Below, one piece after another: positions 20,901 to 34,610 of a DNA stretch of 64,000 nt; within the stretch, counting starts at the first letter, position 1; each line of letters opens with the position of its first letter. Location of the stretch: assembly GCA_964187785.1 (NCBI GenBank), contig OZ076409.1, positions 10,604,001 to 10,668,000 of the forward strand, in the 5' to 3' direction. A program made the translations under genes and the position numbers. The stretch comes from Amphiscolops sp. MND2022 (lineage: Eukaryota). A model generated the notes under the pieces. It was not told the origin of the DNA and did not search any database. It saw only the letters and a list, made by a program, of their open reading frames with translations.

Positions 20901-23900
20901 TTAGGATGCATTTTATAGGCAGCTTGATAAAATTAACTCGAATCAATGAAGTTTTGTTGTTGATGTTTCTTTGAGAATTTTATAAAATCATGGAAAACTA
21001 GGTTGGTAACCTGCAAAATTATGTAAAAAGTTCAAGCAGTTCCAACCAGGGTCCTCCAACAATCATCATTGTTTTGTACACACAGCAAGTTTTCGAACGC
21101 TTGTGCAGATAAGGCTTTTGACTCCTTTAAACTTTTAGTATTTGCCTGCGAAGTCTGACTCTAACTATCCAGGCTTTATTGATTGAAAAACAATGATCTT
21201 CCACACATCGTTCACATGACATTTATTTGATAGTATTAGTTATAGTGGTGATGAGCCCCGTACTTTGGATACACCAGTTTGTACGAGTTTGGGATTTTTG
21301 GGTTTTGTGTACCTTCGAGCTCCACGAGATGCCGATATGGTCGAGTTTTTCGCAAATTTCGAATGCGTCTAATTTCAAACTTGTGAGGCAATTTTCTCAA
21401 AGCCGGGTATAGATATGGATACCATGTTTTCACTAAAGGATCCTAGGCAACGTAGACGCCAAGGTTTTTCTTGTAAAAAAGTTTTGAAAAATCGCATTTG
21501 TTTAACTTTTTTTCATCTTTGATCTCCTATATCTCAGAACCGAGACCATATACCGAGTTTATTATTTCGTAAAATGTACAAAATTTTTGTCTAACGATAA
21601 CGTCAAGTTTGTTTCCATTCTTGTACATTTTGTTATCTATTTTTTTCCAATATCTAGCACTAGAATCTTGGAACTGAAAACAGATACGGCAACGATTCTA
21701 CCTCAGAAAGAACGGCAAGGATGTTTTTTTTACCATCAAAATTTCCGTCATCTGATATGACGCCTTCGTTTTTCTGCTGAAAATATTTGAATTTTTTTAT
21801 TTATTTGTTTTTAATTCTCAAGCTCCTATATCTCAGAACCGAGACCAAAATCAGAATTCTTCGCTTCTTAAATTGTACAAAGGTTTCGCATGCTACGTTT
21901 TAGCTCAAAACTGACATCAAATTGTTACTCAATTTCAGTTTTTTTCCAATTAGTAGCTCATGTTCCTCAGATCTGAAAATAGATACAGATACCAGCCTCC
22001 GTCAGAAAGTACAACAAGGATGTAGGGTAGTTTTTTACCATCAAAGATTTCTGAGTCGCGGGGAATAGACCACTGATTCACTGAAAATGACTATAGGGGA
22101 AGTACGGTGGTTGAACAATGTTGTTTGAAAAATTGATTATGTTGTGAATTTTACACTTTGTGATCAAACTCGCCTTTGAGGCTTCCAAGTTACCTGAAAT
22201 TTTGTATGCGAGCGTACAATTTGCCCACGTAACAGAGAAACGATTAGGCGCGGTGCCCGGCTCAAGATTCGGCGATCCGAGGTGACAAAACTATGATGTA
22301 CCCGAAGTACTGGTTTCACACTTTCACACTCTTAAACGATTTTCAGTCAAAACTGCGGCCAAGTTTTCTCAAAGATTAGTAACGAAAATTATACCAACAA
22401 GGTTTTTGTGTGATCTACAGGACGGTGCAGTTTGTTTTGAGCTGCTTCCACTTGCAGAGATTTCGACGTGTCTCAGGAACACTAGTCCTCAATTACTCCT
22501 TTTTATCACTCAGGTCTATGGAGTTGTGTACTCAGTTCTTTGTAGTTGAAAAAAGTAAAGATTTGTATCGGGGAGTCCGAAAGCTGTCTTGTTAAAAGTG
22601 TTTCTTTTTGCCAAGCACAGGAAAACGGTTTTTAGGCTAAAATGAAACAAATGCCCATGGCCTCGCCCTCACCAGAGTTGGTCCGACATGCCAAAATTGA
22701 CGTTTTGCTGACAAAACTAGCTATTTTTTTGTTGTTTCCGCTATTTTGTTCGACAAATTTTTCTGTTCCTGACGGGATAGGTCTAGTGAAACGTTTTTAT
22801 TGTTTTCCCACTGGCAGTAACCTCCTCTGAATAATTTTGGATTTCAAAAATAGCATTGTTTGTAAGTGGTATATAGGGTGTTAGATTCGTACTAATATTT
22901 AGCCAATTGGTCAGAATACCCACTGAGTATTTTCCTCAGTAAATGTTAGTGAGGGTACGCCTGAGCAAGAAACCTTAGGGGCTGCTTCATACAAAGGGGA
23001 CAAGAAACGAAGCCAATTCTGGGAGTGTCGTAACCAGTCAAAGGGTCAAAAAAGGTTAAAGTTAGCACCCTGCTCACAAACTCTTCCAGAACAGCGGGGC
23101 CTTCGCCGACTATCTTGAACGTTCCACTACACTAACAAGTAGCTAAAAGAAAGCTTCAGATCCCTTTAAAACAAAATAAAGTTAAGCGGGATGTGACGTT
23201 CCCACAGGTACTATTCCATACAATAAGCTACTTTGCTATCAAACGTCAATTTCTCATGCCAGACTTCGGAAGCAAGGAGAAATCGCAGATTTTTTAAAAA
23301 AGAAAGTCTGATAGGCTCGATAAACATAATAAAAACACTCTAAAACCCTCTCCTAAGTTTTTCCTAGATCCGGACCTTACAGATTTGGGAAGCAGTGAAA
23401 ATCCAAGTGCGATGAATTTATGAAAAATATTTCTCTGTGTTCGCCATAGAAATTAATATAGATATAACGTCAAGCTAGCAGCGTCCATCCTAGACCTGGG
23501 ACAGTTCCTAGGTTGCTTAGAGAGGAGAGCATAGTCTAACCACAAGCCTAGACAGTAGTTTTTATTCCAAAAAAGTCTCGTTTGAACACTTTTATTACGT
23601 CACGGAGGCTCCTCATTGTAATGCTTCCAGGCAACGTGCCGGCACTCTCAAAGTTCGGACACGCCCAACAAGCCTGTAAAAACTAGGGGTCTTGCGACTT
23701 CCTGCATACTTCCGAAGTCCAAAAACGGCGTTTAGCTAATGAACGTTTTATTTAACGGATCGTACATTTCCAAATGACGTACATTTCCAAATGACATTTC
23801 CTACCTTTGACGTGATACTGCATACCGGATAAAGCACACACTACGGTTTTCTACCGTAACTAAGTGTTTTGGCATTTCTGGACTCTTCTTTCTGTCGCTG

Positions 23901-26900
23901 TGGTCACTTTAGGGTTCCTCAGAGTTTCCACGTGGTATATTTTGTTTCTTTCTGGAAGCTGCTGGCAGGGTCCCTCTTCTGTTGCTTTTTTGTCTCCTTG
24001 TTTGATTTTAAGTATCTGCCAGGTCAGCCATCTTTATTTTGTGCGATATTTTAAAATTTTGGAAAAGTTCTTGCAGGTGTTCTGTGACAAGGCTGCAGGG
24101 GCGTTACATGTCTGAATTTTTGCTGTCATTTTTTGCTGAATTTTTGGTTCGGACATATGTTGTTCGTTGCTGGTTTACACTTGGCGATCTTATCCCATTC
24201 GTTCACTTATTATCACTGTGAAGTTTTCTTGGATTAAACAAACTGTAACTAAAACTGTCCTCTTTAGCAAAATCTGCTTTTGTTCTTTTGTTTTCTGTTG
24301 GTTTATATTGTTGACAGTCGGCGGCCACTTGGCCTATTGGTTAGCGTGCTCTGTGTTGCATATTTACTTGAGGATCAGAACATATTGGGTTCGTATCTCG
24401 CGCGGGACTGATTTTTTCATGCTTGCAAAAGTAGAAAACCAGCGTTGAGTTATTTGGTATTTTCAGAAAAAAAACCTTCAAGAGCCTCAAGTGTTTTCCT
24501 TTTTTGGTATTTCCACAAGAGACTATTTTCGACTACAGTCTCTCCTTTGCTTTTTTGATGATGTTTTCAATTTGGAAAAAGCGTTTTCGAGCTCAAAGTG
24601 TCTTTGTTGCCACTGCTTAACGGTTTGTGAAAAAGGTCTATTTTTGATGTTTTCATTAAAAATCTCTTCAGGCTAAGAAAGGCCCTTTTAAATGAAAACA
24701 TCAAAACCTTTTTTTAATTTAAACACGCCTTCCTAGCCTGAAGGCTACTTTCCTCCTGGGAGATTTTTTTGCTTCGTATGGTATTTTCTGAAATTGTTTT
24801 TGGCCAATCAGAACCACTCAATTTGGACGGGAGCCACTAACGAGTGGGTAACTCATGTATGATTCCGAAATGATCAGGAAGATTAAGTTTTTTCTGTTAT
24901 GTCAGTTCCATTATAAAAAACTCGTGATACCAATATTTCGACTTTATATCTGGTTTTAGTGAGTTTTTTGCTTTTAAGTAGAATGGTATCGCATCGGTGC
25001 AGTGTCGAACATGTTTTTTTTCAAATTAACAATATAATGCTGCTTCCTCTTATGAAGTATGTAACAGTGAGAAACGAGATGTATTCGATTTATTGGTTTT
25101 TCCCAAAATTGTTAGGTTTTGCTATTGCAAAGTCGCGTTGGATCCAACCGTTTTTGATTTTTTTGTATCTTTTCCGAACAAAACTCCAAAAATGATGTTC
25201 CCTGGTATATAACGTTATAACGTATTGAACGATAAAGATGTAATCTCTCGGAATTTCTGACGTTATTTCCGAGATATATTGCGTCTAGCCGAGAAAAGTT
25301 TGGTTGAAGTACCCATTTTCAAATTGCTCAAGTGCCAAATTTCAAAAGTGAATTTGCCTTTATGCACAATCTAGTTTTCATATCTTCAGAGGCGTTTTTA
25401 GTTGACATTGTTCTGTTACTTGTTCGAAAAATTATTGAAAATATCAGATGTTTTCCTTAAGGCTTCTCCTGAGAGTATATGAAAAACAACGCAGTGCCGC
25501 TGCGCCACTTGTTATAATTTGACTTCGTGCAGTGTTTAGGTGGTAACCACACAAGGACTACAAGATTTCAGAAATTCTTGTTTAAGTATCAACACAAATG
25601 CGCAAAAACATGGTTCAATATTAGTGGGCTTTCTTTAGGTATCAAAGTATGAAGTAGGACGGGGGTTCCCGTTGTTTTTAATGTGTTTTTAATTGTAAAT
25701 CTATAACATTGTAACAAAAAAGCTGAGATAATTTTCACTCAAATTAAAAAGATAGGTCATATTAACAATGGAAGCTAGTCAATGTTTGGTTTCTTCCACA
25801 GTTTCTTTTTGACCGCGTTTTTATTCTAGAGTTCAGATTTCATTGTTTCTTTTTGACCCCGTTTCTAATCAACAGTTCAGTTTGCCTGTACGATTACCAC
25901 ACTACAGTTTTTATGTACATCTCAAATGGTCGTCTTAGTAGATCTGAGAGAAAAATGCAAATCATTTCATTCAAACGTGCCGGTTTTGCATTTAATCATA
26001 TTTTACTCTTCCTGATTTTTAACTTGAAAGAATCGCTTCCTTTTTGGTTGTTCAATTTAGTTTCCGCTCAAACCGCTTTGAATTACAGCCTGCAGGCGCT
26101 CTTTTTTGATGTATTTTTTTGAATAAGTGCGTCACAGCTACATTCATGCAAAATATTGAGCAAAAATTTTCAACAGGTGGAGAAAAACGGCATAAAACTG
26201 TCAGCAATGCTTTCGAATTACTCATCTAATCAGTTTTTTGTTTTCGTCATCGCTCATCAAAATGAAGGATGAAAATGATTTATCGAGTTTCGCCAAGCCG
26301 TTTTTGCTAAAATATGAAATTAGGGATGTATAAACCAAGCTATTAGTATGTAAGAGCTGTTCGGTGGTACTTTAAGGGCACCTATAATTCACCCAGGAAA
26401 AAATTAATTACTACCCTAATCGAAACTGCTGGAACCTTTTACATGCTGCAGGGTAAAAATGGTAATTTTTATAAAACCTAGAAAATTCAGTAAGCGCCCG
26501 TAGTAAATTTGGTAGATTTACACTGCAGTTTCCACTAAAATATTTCCACTTTGCTAACGACACGATCACTTTGTTTTGGCACTTTGATTTCTCAACCACT
26601 CATCTGATGTAATATGTTTACTTCATATATTTTCTGTTTTGGAATTTCAAAATTTTGGTTGAATGCACATTATTGTATAAGTGATTTACTATGGGGTTAT
26701 AGAAGATTTTCAAAGTGATGTATGATGTTTCTAACCGACCGTGCTCTTTAAACGTGTTTTTAGGGTTACGTTTGATGAACGTTCGCACTGTTTAAAGGAA
26801 CATTCAAAGGAAGCATACTTAAAAGCGTTTGGCAGCTATTTGAAACTTGATCTCGTTTTCGCAGTCAATTGAATAAAAGTGTCATTTGAGCTCCGACATT

Positions 26901-29900
26901 TGCCTTGGGCTTTGAGCTAATTGACTATACGGCTTTTAGAGCTTGTATTTAGAGCTGGTACAAAATCCGCAGTAGAACATTAATCTCAAACATCCATTTT
27001 TTCGAAACAGAATGTTTGAAAAGTATTAACAAAATCATCTGAAATGAGTTTAAACATTTTTTAAATGCTTTCATAACAAAATGTTAAATGTAAAAAATGG
27101 AAAAAAAACCTTCAAGCTCTCTTCGTTATAGTTTTGGCAAATATTTTCCATTGTTTACAACGCATAACTTAACTTTCAACATACTTCATAACATGATTTA
27201 TATTTATAATAAATTGATTTATGGTATTCGTGATAAAATGATATACATTTTTGACATATATATTTTAATAATTCGTTTTATCTGAAAAAATCAATCAATA
27301 GTGAGCTCAGATTCAACTAATCATACCTTGATAATTGATTACCTAATAAAGTGTGTTGTCCTTTTTTTACTTTGTCAATTTTCTCAATATTTGATACGTG
27401 CACTACCTCTCTTAGAATGCAGTTTAGTGTTCATTTTATGATTGAAATTTAGTGTTTTTTCACTTGTTGTGAGTAAAATAGCCTTTGTTCATGTTTTTCA
27501 GCGACTCTCCAAAAACTGTGCCGGCCAGTGGAAAAAGGGACTTTTCGTTGCGCACCCAGAAAAACGTCATTCCCAAATTGATCACACCTGCCTTCATTCG
27601 CCAGTTTGTGGGCGAGAAGGAGAGCTCAGTGCTGGAGCTCTGGCAGAAACTCACTCTGGACATTGAGCGTGAAAAACATTTGAGATCACATGGCGGTTAG
27701 TTTGGCAGCTGGCTTGCATTTTGCAGGAGCAAACTGAGACAAGATTGGTGTCGGAGCATTTCATACGATGCAATTTCAACCGTTACCATTTCAGCTGCTT
27801 ACCATTTCAATCTATTGCGTTCTCAACCTTCCGCAGTTTCGACCTAAACTGGAAAAAAAAGAAAGTTTATTTATTTAGATGCGAATATCCAAAGTGTTTA
27901 TATAAATAACAAGACGGGATCGTCTCAAGTAGGCGCCATATCTAAGGCTCAAAAATATTCCAAGAACAACTATTGGAAACATTTGGAAAAATTATTTTTT
28001 TCAAAAAAAAAATTTGAATTTTTTTTTTCGAAAAAAGTATTTTTTTAGAAAGTCGCACAATGCCGAAAAACTCAAAAAGAGGCCATTCAGGCTCATTAAA
28101 CGTTTTTACAAACCGAAAACTTCAAAAAAATGCAAGGGGTTACCCTTTGATAGAATCCGAAAATTTTCGAAAAAAAGTCGCATAGTGCCGAAAAAAACCC
28201 AAAGGGGGGACCCTTTGGTCTCACCTGCTGTACTTTTGGAAGCATAAAAATATTATGGTTTAGTGCGAGAATCGAACCCCCGCTCTCCGGCTTCAGAAAT
28301 TTAGTCGAAGATGAAAAACAGAACAGATGAACAAATTGTAAAAAGTGGACCATTCAGAGTGAGATTGTAGGCTGAAAAAGAAAAAAAAACTACCCACTGT
28401 AATAGTCGGGCTTTTTTCCTTAAGGGAAAAGGCGCCGACTAAAAACATTGATACTGTTTAGCTTCTAAAAAGGACAGAGAAAGAGTTTACTCAAATTGTC
28501 GAGTCTCTGTGAGTCCCTGGGAATCAATAATACAGCAACCTAATATCATATTTTCATTATCAGGGTTGTCAATTTTCAACTCTGGAGGTTTACCCAAAGA
28601 AATAGTGTTTGCACATTTTGAAGAATTGATGGACAGTTTGTTGCAAACAAACCAATTTGTCATTTCATTCGTATCATTTTGAATTGTTAATTAATTTCGT
28701 TTCCGGATTGGAACAAAAAATTATCGTCTGCAAATTTGCGGTTTTATTTTTCATTGAACAAACATCAGGCAGGTTATTGATCTTGTGGCTAATTTTGGCT
28801 AAAGGGTCTTGGTTAGTTGTTAGTTATATAATTATTTTGGGTGGTTTTCATTCTCATACAATGCTACATTCAAAGGTGATAAGTTTTAAACCAGTTTCGA
28901 TACGTTTTGGCGTCTTCATGAATAATCCCAATTAACTAAGGCTGGTTGGTTCATTTTTAACTATTTTACCGAAATAATAAATTTTCACCGAATGAGGACT
29001 AAATAGCTGAAATTAGTTAAGGTCGGAATTGCGGAAAGTTGGAATTGTAATAGGTTGAAATTGTGGGCGGTTGAAACGGCAGCGGTTGAAATTGCATATG
29101 ACTAAATGTCATTTAACCGGCAAAAACATCCCTTTTAGAATCAATTTACGATCGCTTACAATTTTTTTCAGGTACAATCGTAAATGATTTATGGCAATCG
29201 GAGAAAAAACTTGCCGACAAGCGTTTCAAAAGGACGTACAAAACAGTTGTTAAGCTGGGAATTCTTTTGAAGAATGATGTTTTCACACCCGAAGACAAAA
29301 AACATTTGGAGAGACTATCGCATGTAAGTTTTTGCATGTTCATGACAGGAATGCATCTCAAATTGCGTTTTGAGACATGCTAACATGTATTATTTTGACA
29401 GAATCTTGAAATGTTTGCTGAAATGACAGTGAAGACATACAGAAAGAAAGTGAGCTATGACTACGAAATGATATCAGGCGTCGTACACAATATCGGTAAG
29501 ATTCATTTTTCTTTGTTAAAAAGTTCAGTGTTTGCTAAAAAATTTGTTCGAATCAACTGCTGATTTATTTGAACTTAATTGATTCTAATTTAAAACAAGA
29601 ATCTTAGAAATTCTAAGATAGTTACAGGTTTTTTAAAAAAACTTTTGACGCATAAAGTTGCCATGTTTAAAAGTTGCCAGGGAGAAAAAAATCAAGCTAA
29701 ACCAATTTTCAACACTTTTCAATGTTAAAAGGTACTTCAAAAGTAAAATCATATGTTGCCAACGGTCATAAATTCGACGACAGATTTTTTAAGGGAAAAA
29801 GTTCCATCGAGTTAGGCTCAATTTTTTTTGTGAGAAATTTACCACAATCATGTTTTGTGAAACTGGCAAATTTTGCAAGACATTTACAGAAAATGCAAAA

Positions 29901-31766
29901 ATTTTCATTTCTGATATTATGCGTTTTATGCAAAGCATATTACTACCTAAAAGAGATCTTAATCTGTAAAGAATTATGTGCTACCCTAGGTTATAAGAAT
30001 CACAAATCTTGCAAAATTTTTACGAAATTCTTGCCAGCTTTGCATTTCTTACAAGAATCTTACAAGTTTGTAAAAGAACTGCAAATTTTGTAAATTTGTT
30101 ACAAGGTCGAACATTTCTTACAAGATTCTGATAACATTTTTGCAAAAATTGCACTTTTTTTCGTAATAACTTCTTACAAAAAATTGGATATGTTATTTTG
30201 ACCAAAATTTCAAAAATCATCAAATTACTAGCAGCGACAGCCACATTTACTGTTTACAATGCACAGACTGCCTCGGAGTCCTAGCAAAAGCGTCAAAATG
30301 GTTAATTTTGACCAAGAAGAATTTACATGCAATTTTCCCCAAAAGTTACAACAACGTATTCCGGTAACCCACCACCAACTAACAATGCATTAATTTACAC
30401 CAATGCAAAACCAGCACACCCTTATATGTTAATCAGCTCAAACTACGACTCAATGGGTAACTCTGGATCAAAAATCATCTCTAGCGACCCATTCAATGTT
30501 TGAAACGAGCAAGAAAAGGGAAAAAACCACTACAGGAATGTCAGTCTAAAAACTTATAAGTCCACAGCTCCAAGCGGTGAAAGTTCCGAAGCTATTACTG
30601 TGGCGAATCAAATGCATCGTACTACGCTTCTCCATTCTCTCAATACTGGATGATGCAATTGTATCATTTTTCCGTTCAGATAATTTTTTGCAGGTGGCCA
30701 AATTTTTTCTGAGGCAAGAAATGCAAATTTTGTAAGAAATTTGTCAGAATTATGCATTTTTTGTAACATTCTGAGAAAAATGCAAATTTTGCAAGATTTT
30801 TGCAAGAGTTAGATTCTAAAAATGCCTTTTCTTACAAGATCTCACAAGAATTCTTGTAAGAATTTTGCAAGAGTTGTGGTTTTTGTAACTTAGGGTAGGT
30901 ACTCCTAGACCTTTAAGGGACTCTTTGATGTTCTACTTTTTATCTGATTGAATTTCGTGGAAAAATTGAAAATAATGATACAAGTCTTATGCAAGCTGAT
31001 ATTATGTGAATGGAGAATATATATTTTTTATCCTCCAAGCATAGTGAAACATTGCTTCAGATCTGAGCTATTTAGAATATTTCCAAATTTACTGCATAAA
31101 GCTTAAAATTGGTATTTAAAAAAAAGATTTTTTTTTTGAAAATAACTAAGCTTGAGAGTAGGGAATTTGAAGTAAAAAAGATCTAAAATATCCAGAATAT
31201 CTGTTAATTCAAGATCTAGAATCACCAAAATATTCCGATTATATAAGATCTGAATGCTCTAGACAGGTTTTTCAGAAGGAAGGGATATTCCTCTAGAATA
31301 GCTAACTTTGATATGGCAATTATGTATTTTTTTGCGTTCAGATAGTTTTTTTGCAGTCGTTAAATTTCTTTGAGGTCCGAAATGCTATTTTTGTGGGAAA
31401 TTTATAAGATTTATGCATTTTCTTGTAACATTCTGAGCAGAAAAATGCGAAATTTGCAAGATTTTTACAAGAGTTAGATTCTAAAAGTGCATTTTCTTAC
31501 AAGATCTTACAATAATTCTTGTAAGAATTTAGCAAGAGTTGTGATTCTGAGGGCAATCTAGGGTTGTTTTTGTGCTTGCAGGAAACGAGGCGAACCTTCT
31601 GCTGTCGCCGCATATGACTCCCAAAAACTTGAACAAGCTAAAGGACGTGGTCCAATACTTTGAAAGCAGGTCTTTCATAGACAGTGCTTTCGACACAAAC
31701 ATGCCATATTCGGCCACTATGAAGAACATTGTGGACTTGCTTGCGGATATCATGTGTCTCTACTAG
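17949..31766 (+). CDS. TNFAIP8-like: Host TNFAIP8/TIPE-family (DUF758) gene; coding exons 27502-27695, 29172-29323, 29402-29495, 31582-31766, plus probable upstream exon 17949-18012; start exon not identified
   Basis: GT-AG introns with compatible phases give ...FSLRTQKNVIPKLITPAFIRQFVGEKESSVLELW...ADKRFKRTYKTVVKLGILLKNDVFTPEDKKHLERLSHNLEMFAEMTVKTYRKKVSYDYEMISGVV...LLLSPHMTPKNLNKLKDVVQYF...IMCLY*. This is colinear by eye with TNFAIP8 motifs (QKKILGKM, KTVIKLAILYRNNQF, HLTAKSHGRVNNVF). The 17949-18012 exon is supported only by splice sites and phase. Confidence 0.82.
20506..21051. mobile_element. MITE-like non-autonomous DNA transposon (CCCT-terminal TIR family)
   Basis: Terminal inverted repeats ccctagtcgagattgcttgaactttttacat / atgtaaaaagttcaagcagttccaaccaggg; related copies at ~26414-26600, ~40649-40985 and 60919-61355. 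Confidence 0.75.
21490..22050. repeat. Degenerate ~300-bp tandem unit pair; related inverted copy at ~61560-62200
   Basis: ctcctatatctcagaaccgagacca...tgtacaaa...tgaaaa.agatac...tcagaaag..acaaggatg occurs twice (~21520, ~21820); reverse-complement-like tggtctcggtcatgagatgtaggag at ~61857. Confidence 0.6.
24322..24420 (+). repeat. tRNA-derived SINE-like head
   Basis: A-box TGGCCTATTGG, B-box-like GGTTCGTATCTC and a downstream T6 run; no clean cloverleaf. Confidence 0.45.
26414..26600. mobile_element. Partial copy of the CCCT-TIR MITE family
   Basis: ta|ccctaatcgaaactgctggaaccttttacatgctgc resembles the terminus at 20506; shared internal cgatcactttgtttt. Confidence 0.55.
27909..28445. mobile_element. 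Non-autonomous Helentron/HINE-like element in the host gene intron
   Basis: Subterminal inverted repeats agtaggcgcc (27928-27937) / ggcgccgact (28431-28440); end hairpin agtcgggcttttttccttaagggaaaaggcgccgact; short gacg-ggat-cgtc stem; A/T-run flanks; internal repeats of aaaagtcgca...tgccgaaaaa. Confidence 0.55.
29984..30895. mobile_element. MITE with long imperfect TIRs and TA duplication, in intron 4 of the host gene
   Basis: TA|ccctaggttataagaatcacaaatcttgcaaaatt ... aattttgcaagagttgtggttttttgtaacttaggg|TA; many cttacaag/cttgcaa subrepeats; a second right-end copy at ~31400-31563. Confidence 0.8.
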
Positions 31767-32167
31767 CCGCGGCTTCTGTTGCACACAACACGACAACAGT
31801 CGACTTTTGAAATCAAATAATTATTTCATCATATAACTAATTTAGTACGAACCAAATATTTATAAAAATAACTTTTATTTATTGACATTAAAGTTTAATT
31901 CAACGTTTTTTGTTCAACAATCGCTATCGGTGCTATGCATTTATTCACCATTGCTAAGATTGAATGACGTATGATTTCATGTTTCATCATAGCTGATGTA
32001 TTGATGCTGACCGATGTGTGATTATTTTTTAAAAAATAAGGGACTATTACAATGGTTTTTGTTTGTTTTTCCAGAAAAGAAAAGTTAATGTTCCTATTTC
32101 AACAAACGAACACCAAAAACATTGTATACCAAAAAGTATAACCCAGACAAAACAACCAAATTACCAG

Positions 32168-32238
32168 TGCATATGGTGGAGAGGTGAAACGCCGGACTCT
32201 TAAGCAATGGGCTGCAGGTTCGAGTCCCGGTGTGTGCA
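32168..32238 (+). pseudogene. tRNA-Lys(CTT)-like pseudogene or SINE head
   Basis: Acceptor-like stem tgcatat/gtgtgca, canonical B-box GGTTCGAGTCC and CTCTTAA anticodon loop; the anticodon stem does not pair. Confidence 0.55.
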
Positions 32239-32558
32239 ATATTTTGTACATAACTCAGAATCGTTCTGTTACTAGCCAACAATGTCCAGACAAGAGCGCC
32301 CATTTTACACAGACATAAGCGCCCCAATACAAAATGTCTTACTAACTTAACTTAATTGAAGTTGTTCAAAAACAAGGTTACGCCTCTGGTAATGCCAGAT
32401 TTGGCATTTTCACACCTAACAAATCTCAATTGAAAACTGCTAATTGTGGCATTTCTGAACGAACTATATCAATTTGTTAATCAATTTGTCAATACCCTGG
32501 TTTGAGATGAAATACTGATAATTATTTAATTACAGTGAGGACGTAGAATTGGTGGTGG

Positions 32559-33398
32559 TGTAAGAACTACGGTCCCTGGTGTGTCTTAGATCAATAGCAG
32601 ACATACAGTCCTTTTTTGCAATTTTAGATTTAAACCCATTTGTATCTTCTCTAACCTCATGACTATCTGGGGACAAACCAGACTCAGTGTCCCTGTTTCC
32701 CGAAGAGGACATTGAACTTACAATGCTTTGGACCTCTGGTATAACTCTCTCTGCTGAAGGTATTGCCCTATTTATCTGAGAATGCATCATGGACACCATG
32801 GAGTCCATTTCCTGAGAAAACCTCATGTTATATTCACTGGTAAAAGTCTCCATTGTTTCTTGGAATCTATCTTGTCCAGGAATTATGTTCTCATGGACGT
32901 AATGTCCAAACCCATTCCCCTGAGGGTTATTTTCTTTAAATTGTGGATTTGACTCAGTGTCACAATGATTTACTGAATTTTCAATTACATTTGAAACTTC
33001 TGGCTCAATGGGATTGATATTATCATTTCCAAGTATAACGTCCATATTTTCAATGTCAGACATCATGTCCATCTCTCTAGATGTTCTAGCTTTCGCATTT
33101 TGTCTTCTTGTGGAAGGCATAAGAGAATATTGCAAGAGGAAAGAAGTAAATTGTCTTTGGCTTGCAAATCAGAATTTTATGTTATAAACTTTAATGCAGT
33201 ATATCAGAATTCAATATCGTCCCTGGGACTAGGAGTCCCGAGTATATATAGTGAAATCTACATGACAACCAAGATTTGAGGGTCACTAAGCTATTTTTAG
33301 AACACTGTGTCTAAAAATAGTGAGATTTAGCACAGCATGCCACTATAAATAGCATGTTTCTATATGTTGTTTCTATATTTAGCCTGCCAGGCATGACA
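32559..33398 (-). mobile_element. Solo-LTR-like remnant containing a Gag N-terminus-like ORF (32530-33135)
   Basis: Minus-strand termini TGTCATGCC...CTTACA (same first 9 nt as element C LTRs); TATATATA ~150 bp inside; ORF MPSTRRQNAKARTSREMDMMSD... runs to the LTR end. No matching TSD seen. Confidence 0.65.
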
Positions 33399-34437
33399 AC
33401 AGTAAATTGTTTATGCGGCCTTGAAGGCCTCATCAACATACTATTAAACAGCATCACAAATTACATGAGAATTACATGTATATTGCATATATGAAAAAAA
33501 GGGGGAAAGGACAATATGTCCGAATTCATTCAAGGCACGTAATTTCCAGCAACGATTTCATGTATCTATAATCATGAGCAATACCTTCCATCAGGCAATA
33601 AGGGCCATATCCAAACATTCATTTTAGCAACTTGTACATTAACTTAATTTGGGACTGCATGTCCCGCAGCCTTAGCTGATCGCTCCAATTAGTTGAACGA
33701 CCAGGTACGGGCTTTAAACAAAATCATTCACAGCACATTGGAAGGAGATTTTTAATCGGACTGGCTCTCCAAGACGACAGGCAAAGGAACATTTGAACAC
33801 GTTTCCTTTGCCTGTACGCATTGGTATCGAAATACTAATAATATATTGCTTTTACATGCATGTAAATATGTATATGCACTGAAATAATAACATCAATCTA
33901 ATCAACCTTGATTTGCTTTGCAACAGGGTTGTTCCGACCTTTGGTCCGCTTACCAATTTGAGAATAATATTACCGTAAATTATTAATACAGGATACAAAA
34001 CAAAATGAAACTTTTGATTGTTAGTTTTATAGTGTTGTTGCTTATTGGTCCCTTTGTCCACCTTACTCGAGGGGAATTCCTGGAAGAGGGCTGTAGAAAT
34101 GAGAAGCGATGGAATAGAGATTTCCATCGCAGGAGGGAGCCTGCGACAAGTGGAAAGGAGTCAGCACATCTTCTGTAATCTTTGATTGAGGCGCTTACGA
34201 CTGGGGTTCTTTTGATTGCGTATTTTGGGTCGCTTTTGTCGGTTAATCCTAGCCCACGGGTTGTCCACCCCATGACCACCGTAAAATGTGGCATGGTTAG
34301 TTGTGTAGGGGCAACTTACTACACGAAGTCTTCTAATCACGACCGGAACCAATTTCAGTTCTCTTGTGTAGTTGAAATGATAATAGTTCATTCACATGGA
34401 GTGGTTTTCAAATCTTGAAACAACTGAGTCTTAAGTC

Positions 34438-34610
34438 TTTAGGTTTCTTGGAAAGTCCCTAATTATTTTGCCTAAACCTAAATGAAAATCGCAGCTGTGA
34501 CAAAGTTTGAATGAAGTAGCTGTATTATTCAGATCAAACACAATAACTAAACAAGCTGAACAAGATTACATCATAGCGTAATACTTAGCTTGCATAAGAA
34601 GAAGTCAACA
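34438..34610 (-). repeat. 3' LTR of element B
   Basis: Direct repeat of 39213-39385; begins TGTTGAC on the minus strand, just after the purine tract. Confidence 0.9.

Noticed and set aside
18013..27501. Many 60-90 aa Phe/Lys/Leu-rich ORFs
   Set aside because: Expected by chance in AT-rich intronic and repeat DNA.
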